Shown here one piece after another: positions 63,637 to 64,000 of a DNA stretch of 64,000 nt. Location: positions 29,884,001 to 29,948,000 of the forward strand of contig NC_082728.1 in assembly GCF_030144855.1 (NCBI RefSeq), in the 5' to 3' direction. A program made the translations under genes and the position numbers. Origin of the DNA: Hypanus sabinus (taxonomy: Eukaryota). Position 1 is the stretch's first letter. Each line of letters begins with the position of its first letter. The notes below the pieces were generated by a model. It was not told where the DNA came from. It made no database searches and worked only from the letters and a program-made list of their open reading frames with translations.

Positions 63637-63736
63637 GCTCACAAAGTATGATGCCACATGCCTTTTAGCACAAGAAATTGCTGAAAACATTCATGAACGT
63701 AACGGACAGAAGAGAACGGGAGGTAATCCTTCTAAG
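63637..63736 (+). CDS. STX8: Syntaxin-8 coding exon 2 (100 nt); gene continues beyond the window
   Basis: Strong pyrimidine tract plus CAG; (W)LTKYDATCLLAQEIAENIHERNGQKRTGGNPSK versus recalled human WFSTYDSTCQIAQEIAEKIQQRNQYERKGEKAPK. Confidence 0.92.
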
Positions 63737-64000
63737 GTATATTGTGTGGTGACTACTATTGTTTTGCATTCCTTTTATAGAACACCATTTTTCATGGTAT
63801 AAATTAAATAAATAAAATTGGGAGAAGAAACATAATTAAGCTAGAAAGGGATCTTCTTGGGGTGGCATAGCAAAGTCACAATCTAATCCAAGGCTCCTGC
63901 TACTTTTGAGGCATTTGAGGTGGGCGACACTGTGGCAGCTAGTGAAGTTTACTGCTTCATGGCTGAGAGTTCCAGCGAAATGGGTTCAATCCTGCCCTCT

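Noticed and set aside
63920-64000. tRNA-like A/B box sequence
   Set aside because: Looks like a degenerate SINE head cut by the window end; no cloverleaf.

Overview
Vertebrate genomic DNA, most likely a cartilaginous fish (ray/shark), inferred from the repeat set: CR1, Rex1/Babar, Penelope, Deu/V-SINE-like. Three host genes are recognisable. SRSF2 (first coding exon, minus strand, cut by the window start) lies head-to-head with a complete 13-exon MFSD11 (753-25724, 1356-nt CDS, 451 aa, all introns GT-AG and in frame). STX8 coding exons 1-2 lie at 56492-63736. The rest is mostly transposons: Tc1, Tigger/pogo, two hAT non-autonomous copies with 8-bp TSDs, a full-length CR1 with 5' monomer repeats, a full-length L1 with a 14-bp TSD, a Hero-like RLE fragment, Gypsy and BEL LTR elements, solo LTRs and Penelope-like elements. 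Top observations: (1) a Gypsy LTR element in which an intronless fragment of the splicing-factor mRNA RBM25 replaces most of pol; (2) Penelope-derived repeats with minimal hammerhead-ribozyme cores of two designs; (3) a hAT element that carries a solo LTR as cargo, with a filled/empty site pair visible inside the window. Gene and family assignments come from recalled protein sequences and motifs; no database search was run.
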